Positions 27,821 to 34,430 of a stretch of DNA of 34,430 bases are shown here, one piece after another. How positions within the stretch are numbered: position 1 is the stretch's first letter; each line of letters opens with the position of its first letter. A program made the translations under genes and the position numbers. The notes under the pieces were generated by a model. It ran no database searches. It saw only the letters and a program-made list of their open reading frames with translations, and had not been told where the DNA came from. The DNA is taken from the IMG/VR virus record IMGVR_UViG_3300037760_000121, positions 1-34,430 of that record; one strand, 5' to 3'. Source of the stretch: a virus (taxonomy: Duplodnaviria > Caudoviricetes).

Positions 27821-28285
27821 ATGAAACAAGAAAATAAATTTGAAACTGTTGAATGTTGGCGCTCATTATTTGAATGTGGTCGCTCATTATTTGAAATCTC
27901 TATAAAAAATCTTGCATTCGAAAGATATTTATACTTTCGGGACAAAATCGGCGTTTATATATTAAACGACAATTTTTATAGATTGATTGATTTTCAACTT
28001 GATGGAACGCTTCCGCCTGTTTTAAAAATATTAGATATTAGTAAGTCAGATTACAAAGAATTATTAGAAATTAGAGAATTTGGATGTGATTATAAATTAT
28101 TATTATCAATCTTTGAAAAGAGATCTCTCAAAATTATTGTGACAGATTCTGGCTTTTTTGATTTAAAAGAAGGCGATCCTCAATTTTGGAAAGAATACGT
28201 GAGCGATATAGCAGCTAAAGCGCGTTCATTCAAAAATAATAATAAAAAAAGCATTGACAATGATAATTCATTATCATATAATTAA
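27821..28285 (+). CDS. Hypothetical early protein (paralogue family A)
   Basis: YILNDNFYRLI...LDISKSDY; AAGGA RBS. Confidence 0.75.
   Translation: MKQENKFETVECWRSLFECGRSLFEISIKNLAFERYLYFRDKIGVYILNDNFYRLIDFQLDGTLPPVLKILDISKSDYKELLEIREFGCDYKLLLSIFEKRSLKIIVTDSGFFDLKEGDPQFWKEYVSDIAAKARSFKNNNKKSIDNDNSLSYN
27850..27895 (+). repeat. 21-bp in-frame tandem duplication (ECWRSLF/ECGRSLF)
   Basis: tgaatgttggcgctcattatt / tgaatgtggtcgctcattatt / tgaa. Confidence 0.85.
28254..28282 (+). promoter_or_regulatory. Early promoter P6 with palindromic spacer (inside the 3' end of ORF 27821..28285)
   Basis: TTGACA-atgataattcattatca(17)-TATAAT. Confidence 0.88.
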
Positions 28286-28336
28286 CACATAGTCATAGAG
28301 TCTATTAACAATAACAATAAAAAAGGGAGAAGGGTA

Positions 28337-28720
28337 ATGCAAATTTATTTCAAAGATTTAAGTGTAGAAGAACAAAGCATAAGAATAGCATTAAAAGATT
28401 TTAAAGGAGTTAGTTTAGAAAATGCTAATTTATGGAGTGCTGACTTAAGCAACGCCGACTTAAGCAACGCTAATTTAAAATGCGCAAATATGCAATATGC
28501 TAACTTAAGTTTTGCTAATCTAAAAAACGCAAATCTAAGACATGTTAATTTATCAGATGCCAATCTATCAAATGCCAATCTATCAGATGCTGATTTGCAA
28601 TATTCTAGCTTAGTATATGCTAACTTAACAAGTGCCAACTTCACAAATGCTAATTTAAAAAATGCTGACTTACGAGATGCTAAGCGAAAAAATGCACGAT
28701 TTACAAGACTTGTTAAATAA
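28337..28720 (+). CDS. Pentapeptide repeat protein
   Basis: Continuous A(D/N)Lxx repeats. Confidence 0.95.
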   Translation: MQIYFKDLSVEEQSIRIALKDFKGVSLENANLWSADLSNADLSNANLKCANMQYANLSFANLKNANLRHVNLSDANLSNANLSDADLQYSSLVYANLTSANFTNANLKNADLRDAKRKNARFTRLVK

Positions 28721-28729
28721 ATAGAATAA

Positions 28730-28753
28730 TGCGCAGCACTAATCTGCTGCGCA
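28730..28753 (+). terminator. GC-rich hairpin after the pentapeptide gene (terminator-like, weak U-tract)
   Basis: TGCGCAGCA-ctaatc-TGCTGCGCA. Confidence 0.55.
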
Positions 28754-28772
28754 CATAAATATAATAAAAAGC

Positions 28773-28801
28773 TTGACTATGATATCAAATTAGCATATAA
28801 T
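28773..28801 (+). promoter_or_regulatory. Early promoter P7
   Basis: TTGACT-atgatatcaaattagca(17)-TATAAT. Confidence 0.8.
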
Positions 28802-28826
28802 TAATTATAACAACAAGGAGTAAACA

Positions 28827-29036
28827 ATGAGAATAAGCAAAGATAAACAATTTGTAGAAATTGAATTAACTAAAATTAAAATATTGATAAAGATACAAAG
28901 CATTATCTCTATAAAAAAACAGATAAGCGAAGATATGACGCAATCAACATATTGGCTAATGGCTGAAAAAGAAGCATACAGGATAAATAAATTTTATTAC
29001 GAAGAATTAAGTGAATTACTTATGACAATATATTAA
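28827..29036 (+). CDS. Hypothetical protein
   Basis: 69 aa with an AAGGAG RBS, downstream of P7. Confidence 0.7.
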   Translation: MRISKDKQFVEIELTKIKILIKIQSIISIKKQISEDMTQSTYWLMAEKEAYRINKFYYEELSELLMTIY

Positions 29037-29065
29037 TAATAATAACAATAAAAAAGAGGTATAAA

Positions 29066-29725
29066 ATGAGTAATTCTATTTTAATAATTGGCGAATCAGG
29101 TACAGGCAAGTCTACAAGTATTCGCAATCTTGATGCTGAAAGCACTTTTTTAATCAGCGTTATAAGTAAGCCGCTACCATTCCCAGGATGGCGCAAAAAA
29201 TATACAAAAGTTGCTGAGCAAAATAGCGGCGGCAATTATTATGTGACAGATAATTGGACAAGTATTGTAAAAATAATAAAAGCTGTTGATACAAAAAAGC
29301 AGCATATCAAGACGTTAATTATTGATGACTTGCAGTATATTCTTGCTTCTGAGTACATGTCTCGCGCATTAGAAAAAGGGTATGGTAAATTTAGCGAACT
29401 TGCCCAACATTTCTGGACAGTATTGCGATGCGCTGAAAATGTTAGAGACGATCTAACGTGCGTATTTATGTCGCATTCTGACATAGACGTGAATGGAAAA
29501 GCAAAAATAAAAACAATCGGTAAAATGTTGGATGAAAAAATAACAATAGAGGGGCTCTTTACTACTGTTTTGCACAGTATGCGCACAGAGTCTGGCTACA
29601 AATTTTTAACACAGGGTAACGATAACTATACTGCAAAAAGCCCAATGGGCATGTTTGTTGACGAATTTATCGACAACGATTTAGATGTAGTTCTTAAAGT
29701 AATGCAGCAATACGATAATGATTAA
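29066..29725 (+). CDS. AAA_24/Sak4-like P-loop NTPase (recombination)
   Basis: Walker A GESGTGKST, Walker B LIIDD, KTIGKMLD and AKSPMGMF motifs. Confidence 0.88.
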   Translation: MSNSILIIGESGTGKSTSIRNLDAESTFLISVISKPLPFPGWRKKYTKVAEQNSGGNYYVTDNWTSIVKIIKAVDTKKQHIKTLIIDDLQYILASEYMSRALEKGYGKFSELAQHFWTVLRCAENVRDDLTCVFMSHSDIDVNGKAKIKTIGKMLDEKITIEGLFTTVLHSMRTESGYKFLTQGNDNYTAKSPMGMFVDEFIDNDLDVVLKVMQQYDND

Positions 29726-29741
29726 TATTTCAAACAAATAG

Positions 29742-29770
29742 TTGACTATGTCAATGTAATATCATATAAT
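29742..29770 (+). promoter_or_regulatory. Early promoter P8
   Basis: TTGACT-atgtcaatgtaatatca(17)-TATAAT. Confidence 0.8.
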
Positions 29771-29796
29771 TAATTTTTAAATAAAAGGGGTATAAA

Positions 29797-30390
29797 ATGA
29801 ATTTTTGGGAAACAAGTGAAGGTGAAAAATTAACAGGAGATGAGAGATCGTCTTTTACAGAATCTTTTGAAATAATTCCGGACCGCACGACTGCTATAGC
29901 TGATATAGTATTTATTGAGCGAGCTAAACCAACTGAACACTATTTGCACGATAAATATTCAATCGTGTGGAAAATAACAAGTAATGACTTTATTAGACGC
30001 GAAGTTACTCAAAACTTAAAATGTTTTGATGATAATAGCAGAATAGCTAATCGCTCTAAAAATATGTTGGTGAGACTGTATAAGTTGTTTGGGCTTAAAG
30101 CCGCAAGCGGCAACGCTCCTGAAACTGAAGATTTACAGTTATTTGTTGGAAAAAAAGCAGGGATAAAAATTAACGAATATAGCATGATTAAAAATGATGG
30201 CGAAACAGCTTGTGGTAATTATGTAAGTGAAGTTCATGATATCAAGGGATTTATTTGCGCTAAGGGTGTAAAAAAAGAAGAAGGTCTTGTTAAATCTACG
30301 AGCAATAACACGCTAGCTGCGAATTGCGGACTAGACGACGCGTTGGGTCGCAATAAACCGAATGTTGATTTAGAAGACATTCCGTTTTAA
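29797..30390 (+). CDS. ssDNA-binding protein (DUF669-like)
   Basis: Follows the Sak4-like gene; acidic C-terminal tail ending EDIPF. Confidence 0.75.
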   Translation: MNFWETSEGEKLTGDERSSFTESFEIIPDRTTAIADIVFIERAKPTEHYLHDKYSIVWKITSNDFIRREVTQNLKCFDDNSRIANRSKNMLVRLYKLFGLKAASGNAPETEDLQLFVGKKAGIKINEYSMIKNDGETACGNYVSEVHDIKGFICAKGVKKEEGLVKSTSNNTLAANCGLDDALGRNKPNVDLEDIPF

Positions 30391-30406
30391 ATATTATTAA
30401 TAATAT

Positions 30407-30442
30407 ATCTAGCGCAAGTATGTTTGCGCTAGATTTAAATTT
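30407..30442 (+). terminator. Hairpin terminator after the SSB-like gene
   Basis: ATCTAGCGCAA-gtatgt-TTGCGCTAGAT followed by TTAAATTT. Confidence 0.65.
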
Positions 30443-30540
30443 CAGAGAAACGAATATGGTGCCTATAAAAATCTCTATTGAATTAGTGCTAACGCCCTCA
30501 AGATGATAGAGAAGAATACGAGCAGGCTTAAATTTATTAG

Positions 30541-32247
30541 ATGAAGACGCTTAGACCTTATCAAAAAAAAATAGTCATAGACACAATTTTAACACTTCGT
30601 GAATCAGATGAGCCGGCGCTCATCATGGCTAGTGTTGGAGCTGGTAAAAGTTTAATCATTGCTGAGATTTTGAAGTTATTTGAAAAAAAGGGTAAGAAGG
30701 CGCTGTGTCTAGTAAGCAATGCTGAGTTGGTTCGTAATAATGCGCAAACTTTTGAAGAGCAGGGCGGCACTCCTTCCGTTTTTTGCTCATCGCTTAAGCA
30801 AAAATGTATAAAAAATAATATAATTTTTGCGACTCCGCAAACTGTTTGCGCAGCTATCAAAAAAAATCATGAAATATCTCAACTTATTTTTAATTTAATT
30901 ATAGTTGATGAGGCGCATATGATTAACTATAAATCTGTCACAACTACGTTCATGCGCATCTTGAGACATTTTAAAAATTCTTACTCTAGTATGCGGCTGT
31001 TGGGGGCGACGGGCACTAATTATAGATATCGCGGCGAGTCAATTGTAGGCAGCGAGTGCTTATTTAAAAAACAGATAAGCAACGTTACAGCGTCACAACT
31101 TATTAAAGACAATTATCTAGTTTTACCCGTTTTTGAAATTGATAAAAAATATTCAATTGATTTTGCAAAATTAGAAGTTAAAAAGAACGGGCAGTTTGAC
31201 GCAACCGAGCTTAATGAAGTATTAAGCAAAAATGTGCGCAAAACAGGTTTAATAATGCAGCAGCTTGTTAAAATCATGAATGAACAAAAAAGGTTTGGAG
31301 TTTTTGTTTTTGCAAGCACGTTAAAGCATTGCGATGAGTGCTTAGCGTCATTGCCGAAAAACGAGGCAGCGATAATAACTGGCAAAACACCACAAAAAAA
31401 ACGCACAGAAATACTAGATAAAGCGCGAAAGGGTGAAATAAAATACTTAGTGAACGTGTCTGTGTTAACAGTCGGTATTGATGTAGCTCCTTATGACACT
31501 GTGTGTTATGTTCGGCCAACCGAGTCACTGGTGCTGCTAACGCAGACTTTAGGTAGAGGCTTGAGGTTAGCTACAAATAAAAAAGATTGTTTAGTTATTG
31601 ATTGCGCTGGAAATATCGAGAGACATAAAGATTGGGACGATCCTCTTTTGCTTGATGCTCTTAAGCAAACTGTAAATAAAGATAGCGATTATATTTACCA
31701 ATGCTTTAAATGCGGATGCTTAAATACTGAACATGCTCGAAGATGTATAGGGCTGGATAATGGCAAGTCAAGGTGCGACTATTACTTTCAGTTTATACAA
31801 TGCTCTGAATGCGACGCTAAAAATGACATTGCGGCAAGAAAATGTAGATTATGTAGCGCTGAAATAATAGACCCCAACAGAAAATTAAACCTGTTTTCGA
31901 AAACAAGCGAAATTATTAAAGCCAAAGTTGACGGGTGTAAATATTATATACATATTGTTCGCGCAAGTTTAATCATTACTGTTGTATATACGTGTTTAGA
32001 TATCGACGATAGAGCTTATCGAATCACAGAGTATTACAATCTATCAACAAAATTATCTAGAAATATTTGCTACGCTAAATTTATAAAGCTACATAGCAAG
32101 CAGGCAAGTAAATACTATTTAAAAATGTACAACTATGAAGCAATGAAAGAAATGTTATCTACATGCGAATCCCCCGCATTTCTTGAGATATTCAAAAAAA
32201 ACGGTAAATATCAAATTAAAAATAAATTGTGGAATAATTTGGATTGA
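30541..32247 (+). CDS. SF2 DEAH helicase with C-terminal Cys clusters (RadD/YejH-like)
   Basis: LRPYQ, VGAGKS, VDEAH, ATGT, VLTVGID and QTLGRGLR motifs; several CxxC pairs. Confidence 0.92.
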   Translation: MKTLRPYQKKIVIDTILTLRESDEPALIMASVGAGKSLIIAEILKLFEKKGKKALCLVSNAELVRNNAQTFEEQGGTPSVFCSSLKQKCIKNNIIFATPQTVCAAIKKNHEISQLIFNLIIVDEAHMINYKSVTTTFMRILRHFKNSYSSMRLLGATGTNYRYRGESIVGSECLFKKQISNVTASQLIKDNYLVLPVFEIDKKYSIDFAKLEVKKNGQFDATELNEVLSKNVRKTGLIMQQLVKIMNEQKRFGVFVFASTLKHCDECLASLPKNEAAIITGKTPQKKRTEILDKARKGEIKYLVNVSVLTVGIDVAPYDTVCYVRPTESLVLLTQTLGRGLRLATNKKDCLVIDCAGNIERHKDWDDPLLLDALKQTVNKDSDYIYQCFKCGCLNTEHARRCIGLDNGKSRCDYYFQFIQCSECDAKNDIAARKCRLCSAEIIDPNRKLNLFSKTSEIIKAKVDGCKYYIHIVRASLIITVVYTCLDIDDRAYRITEYYNLSTKLSRNICYAKFIKLHSKQASKYYLKMYNYEAMKEMLSTCESPAFLEIFKKNGKYQIKNKLWNNLD

Positions 32248-32270
32248 AGTGACAATTCTAAGCACTTGTC

Positions 32271-32340
32271 AAAAAAGTAAAGCGAGGACAGCAGGACTAG
32301 AACTATACGGCTACCGTGCCGATAAGTTCTCCCTGAACAT
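32271..32340 (-). ncRNA. Candidate small structured RNA (about 70 nt)
   Basis: Directly downstream of a perfect promoter. Hairpin CAGG-g-AGAAC-t-TAT-CGGC-acggta-GCCG-t-ATA-GTTCT-agt-CCTG, then a pyrimidine-rich tail ending TTTTTT. No ORF longer than 9 codons from the start. Confidence 0.45.
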
Positions 32341-32345
32341 GATTT

Positions 32346-32374
32346 ATTATAATAAACTATCATGATACTGTCAA
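32346..32374 (-). promoter_or_regulatory. Perfect-consensus sigma70 promoter with no downstream CDS
   Basis: TTGACA-gtatcatgatagtttat(17)-TATAAT on the minus strand. Confidence 0.8.
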
Positions 32375-32396
32375 GTCATTATATTAACTTATTTAG

Positions 32397-32497
32397 TGAG
32401 TCTCTTAATTTATAGCTATTAAACGCACCCAAAATCGGCTCGTTATTATGCATGATTATAAAAATGTGCGCTTAATTGCTTTAGCTTAAGAGACTCA
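32397..32497. repeat. Long imperfect inverted repeat (32-bp arms, 37-nt loop)
   Basis: TGAGTCTCTTAA...ATTAAACGCAC / GTGCGCTTAAT...TTAAGAGACTCA; the outer 12 bp are perfect. Confidence 0.85.
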
Positions 32498-32542
32498 TTG
32501 ATATTATTTTAACAGATAACGCTTAATAATGCTTTTAAATGT

Positions 32543-32938
32543 TTATACTTTTTTTTGAGATGCGTTACTTTTATCAAGCGTTCTAAAGCATCCTAGACCT
32601 AAAAGCGCACCCAAAAGTTCGAGCAAAATTGACGCGTGAATATCAGGCATTAGCATACCGAAAACTTGAGACAAGACGGGAGCTCCAACGGTGTAGTAAA
32701 ATAGACCAAAAACGCAAACCCAGCCCGCAGCTGGGCGCCAACCTGAATGAAAAAAAATCCCGCTGTTGGCGTTTTGTTTATTTATTTCAGATTGAGCTAA
32801 TAGCTGTTCTTGCACAAACTTTTCTAAGATAATTTGCGCTTGAGCACGTTCTTCATCGCTCGTAAATAATTCATCTAAACCGTCTGCGATTGTTTTTATC
32901 GGCGCCACAATTTCAGCGCCGAGGCCGAACCAACTCAC
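32543..32938 (-). CDS. Holin of the 3-TM GTA type (DUF3154-like)
   Basis: LDELFTSDEER, SGWRPAAGWVC and LLGLG..RT.DK motifs; last gene of the late block. Confidence 0.85.
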   Translation of the reverse strand: MSWFGLGAEIVAPIKTIADGLDELFTSDEERAQAQIILEKFVQEQLLAQSEINKQNANSGIFFHSGWRPAAGWVCVFGLFYYTVGAPVLSQVFGMLMPDIHASILLELLGALLGLGCFRTLDKSNASQKKV

Positions 32939-32939
32939 G

Positions 32940-33158
32940 CTACTCAGGCATCACAAATTTTTGCAAACATTGCGCAAAATATACGTACTTATTGCCGCCC
33001 CCGTCAATTTCTGCGCTCATTCCGTACTCTGTGCCTTGATTGAATCCTGCTGCTAATTCTGCATTAACTTTAACGTCTAAAGCTGTAGCTAAGTCTTCAA
33101 ATTCTTGCGCAGTATTTGCTGGACCATATTCTGTTATTGTCTTTTGAACTATTGTCAT
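32940..33158 (-). CDS. Hypothetical late protein
   Basis: 72 aa with an AGGA RBS, between the fibre and holin genes. Confidence 0.65.
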   Translation of the reverse strand: MTIVQKTITEYGPANTAQEFEDLATALDVKVNAELAAGFNQGTEYGMSAEIDGGGNKYVYFAQCLQKFVMPE

Positions 33159-33187
33159 TTGGTTATCCTAATTTTTTTAAAATACAT

Positions 33188-34114
33188 TTATATTATATAA
33201 TAAGACGCTGTAATTTGTGCAAAATAAAGCGAAGTATTATCAACTGTGTTCATCGTTGCTTTGACTGTTTGTGCACCATTTACCGATTCAATAAATGCCG
33301 TTTTGCCTTCCCAAACATTTGACGTCGCATTTTTAGCAACATTTCCAGAGCCTGTCGCTTGATTCACGCTGCTAAAATTATTTGCAGTAAATGGCACGTT
33401 TACTGTCAGTGATGAAGATGTCGCTGTTGCTGTAAAAGTAAAACTAAATGTAATATTAACTATATTGTTTATTTTTTGAAATGATTGAAACAATATAGTT
33501 GGGCTAGTCATGCCGGTTTGGCTTGATACAGATATCCCAGTTTGTCCCGACTCAATATTGCCGATATTATTTAGATCGAAACCAAGCATGTTCACAGTAG
33601 TATTAACATTGAGCACTCCGTTCGAAGAAGCGGCATCTCCATGATACGCAGCAATTGAAGTCACTACGCCCTTTGACATCGCTTTTAATGTAATTTGTGA
33701 GCTTTCATTCCCAGCAGTGACAACTTTTGATTTATTTTCTAGTTGAAAGTACGTTATATTTGTGCCTGAAGTATTTTTGCCAATTGCATCAATATTACTC
33801 AATATGTTGCCAGCTCCGGCTGTGACAAGTTGACGCATAGCCATCGTTGGCGGAATGCCGCTGTTGACTGATTGCAAAAAAAATGGCTTGGAAGAAGAAA
33901 CATCAATACCGCCATTTCCTGAGTCATATGCTCCCTGTAAGTCTTCTGCGCTAGAATCGTCCATATCAGCCCAATTGCTTCCAGCATCTGTTGTTATTTG
34001 CAGCGTCTGCGTAGTTGTGTTTAAAAATAATGCTGTAGACTCTGTTAATACAGCGCTTAAAGCTGCTCTGTCTGTTGTTGTCCCGCGCGGAATAATCGAT
34101 CCGGTTGCTGTCAT
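33188..34114 (-). CDS. Tail fibre / receptor-binding protein (308 aa)
   Basis: N-terminal IPRGTTTDR motif and S/T/N-rich beta composition. Shares a module and C-terminal pattern with the 470-aa ORF. Confidence 0.7.
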   Translation of the reverse strand: MTATGSIIPRGTTTDRAALSAVLTESTALFLNTTTQTLQITTDAGSNWADMDDSSAEDLQGAYDSGNGGIDVSSSKPFFLQSVNSGIPPTMAMRQLVTAGAGNILSNIDAIGKNTSGTNITYFQLENKSKVVTAGNESSQITLKAMSKGVVTSIAAYHGDAASSNGVLNVNTTVNMLGFDLNNIGNIESGQTGISVSSQTGMTSPTILFQSFQKINNIVNITFSFTFTATATSSSLTVNVPFTANNFSSVNQATGSGNVAKNATSNVWEGKTAFIESVNGAQTVKATMNTVDNTSLYFAQITASYYII

Positions 34115-34123
34115 TTTATGCCC

Positions 34124-34430
34124 CTAATTGTATTTAATTTTAGCTGATATGTTAACTTGATACTGTGCGCCTACTGTAACAGTCGCCTGATCCCACAAAA
34201 TCGTATAAGATGCCGGCACAGCTCTTAAATTGTGAACAGAGTTGCCGATGGTGTCGCTCCCAACCAATTTAATTGACCCTACTCCAGAAAAATCACTTGC
34301 CGCGGCAAAAGGCGTTAAAATAAAGTCGGCGAACCCTCCAAACAAATCAAACTGTATAGTCTGTGACAACTGAGTAGGTGTAAATGTGATTGAAATTAAC
34401 GCGTCTAAGTATTGTCCTGTACGCGTGTAC
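34124..34430 (-). CDS. C-terminal part of the junction-spanning 470-aa fibre/RBP (track ORF 34124..34369 is a fragment of it)
   Basis: Same frame as 1..1275 through the terminal repeat; stop at 34124-34126. Confidence 0.8.
   Translation of the reverse strand, partial: YTRTGQYLDALISITFTPTQLSQTIQFDLFGGFADFILTPFAAASDFSGVGSIKLVGSDTIGNSVHNLRAVPASYTILWDQATVTVGAQYQVNISAKIKYN
34262..34430. repeat. Terminal direct repeat, right copy
   Basis: 166/169 identical to 1-169. Confidence 0.97.

Larger units (their letters stand above)
1..34261. mobile_element. Complete circularly permuted bacteriophage genome (myovirus, 34,261-bp unit)
   Basis: Full ordered head-neck-contractile tail-baseplate module plus a replication module. 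The ends overlap by 169 bp and an ORF reads in frame across the junction. No host housekeeping genes seen. Confidence 0.95.

Noticed and set aside
32281-32300. Two GGA motifs on the + strand as a CsrA/Rsm-titrating RNA
   Set aside because: Only two motifs, not in clear hairpin loops, and the strong promoter is on the opposite strand.
32183-32365. 60-aa + strand ORF over the helicase end and the hairpin
   Set aside because: It overlaps the helicase out of frame, with a non-ATG start and no RBS or motif. A non-coding interpretation fits better.
32397-32497. Inverted repeat as the telomere resolution site of a linear phage-plasmid
   Set aside because: No protelomerase seen, and the repeat has a 37-nt non-palindromic centre.
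1-34430. Alternative genetic code, introns/inteins or tRNA genes
   Set aside because: Core genes are full length and tightly packed under the standard code, and I saw no tRNA-like cloverleaf by eye. tRNAscan was not run.

Overview
This window looks like a complete, circularly assembled genome of a small, AT-rich contractile-tailed dsDNA phage (myovirus). The unit length is 34,261 bp, and bases 1-169 recur at 34262-34430 with 3 mismatches. The minus strand from 21414 to 1, continuing from 34261 to 32543, carries one morphogenesis block: ParB-like/DNA methyltransferase fusion, TerS, TerL, portal, MuF-like head protein, scaffold/protease, decoration protein, major capsid, neck, sheath, tube, chaperones, a short tape measure, baseplate, three fibre/receptor-binding candidates and a 3-TM holin. 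One fibre is a 470-aa ORF that crosses the junction and is only partly shown in the ORF track. The early region (about 21.4-32.3 kb) holds a lambda-O-like initiator with an internal iteron/DnaA-box origin, two tandem Cro-like paralogues, VRR-NUC, a P5-like lysin candidate, a Sak4-like ATPase, an SSB-like protein, an SF2 helicase and many small orphans. I saw no integrase, CI-type repressor, ParA, primase, polymerase, tRNA or CRISPR array. The most notable observations are: (1) an orphan HipS-like antitoxin with no HipT/HipB, a candidate anti-toxin-antitoxin counter-defence that also hints at a Legionellales-like host; (2) eight near-consensus sigma70 promoters whose 17-bp spacer is a shared palindrome resembling a Fur box with one extra base; (3) two unnamed families of small paralogous early proteins; (4) a perfect promoter driving a non-coding hairpin, a candidate sRNA, beside a 101-bp inverted repeat. 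All family assignments come from motif recognition and synteny by eye; no searches were run.
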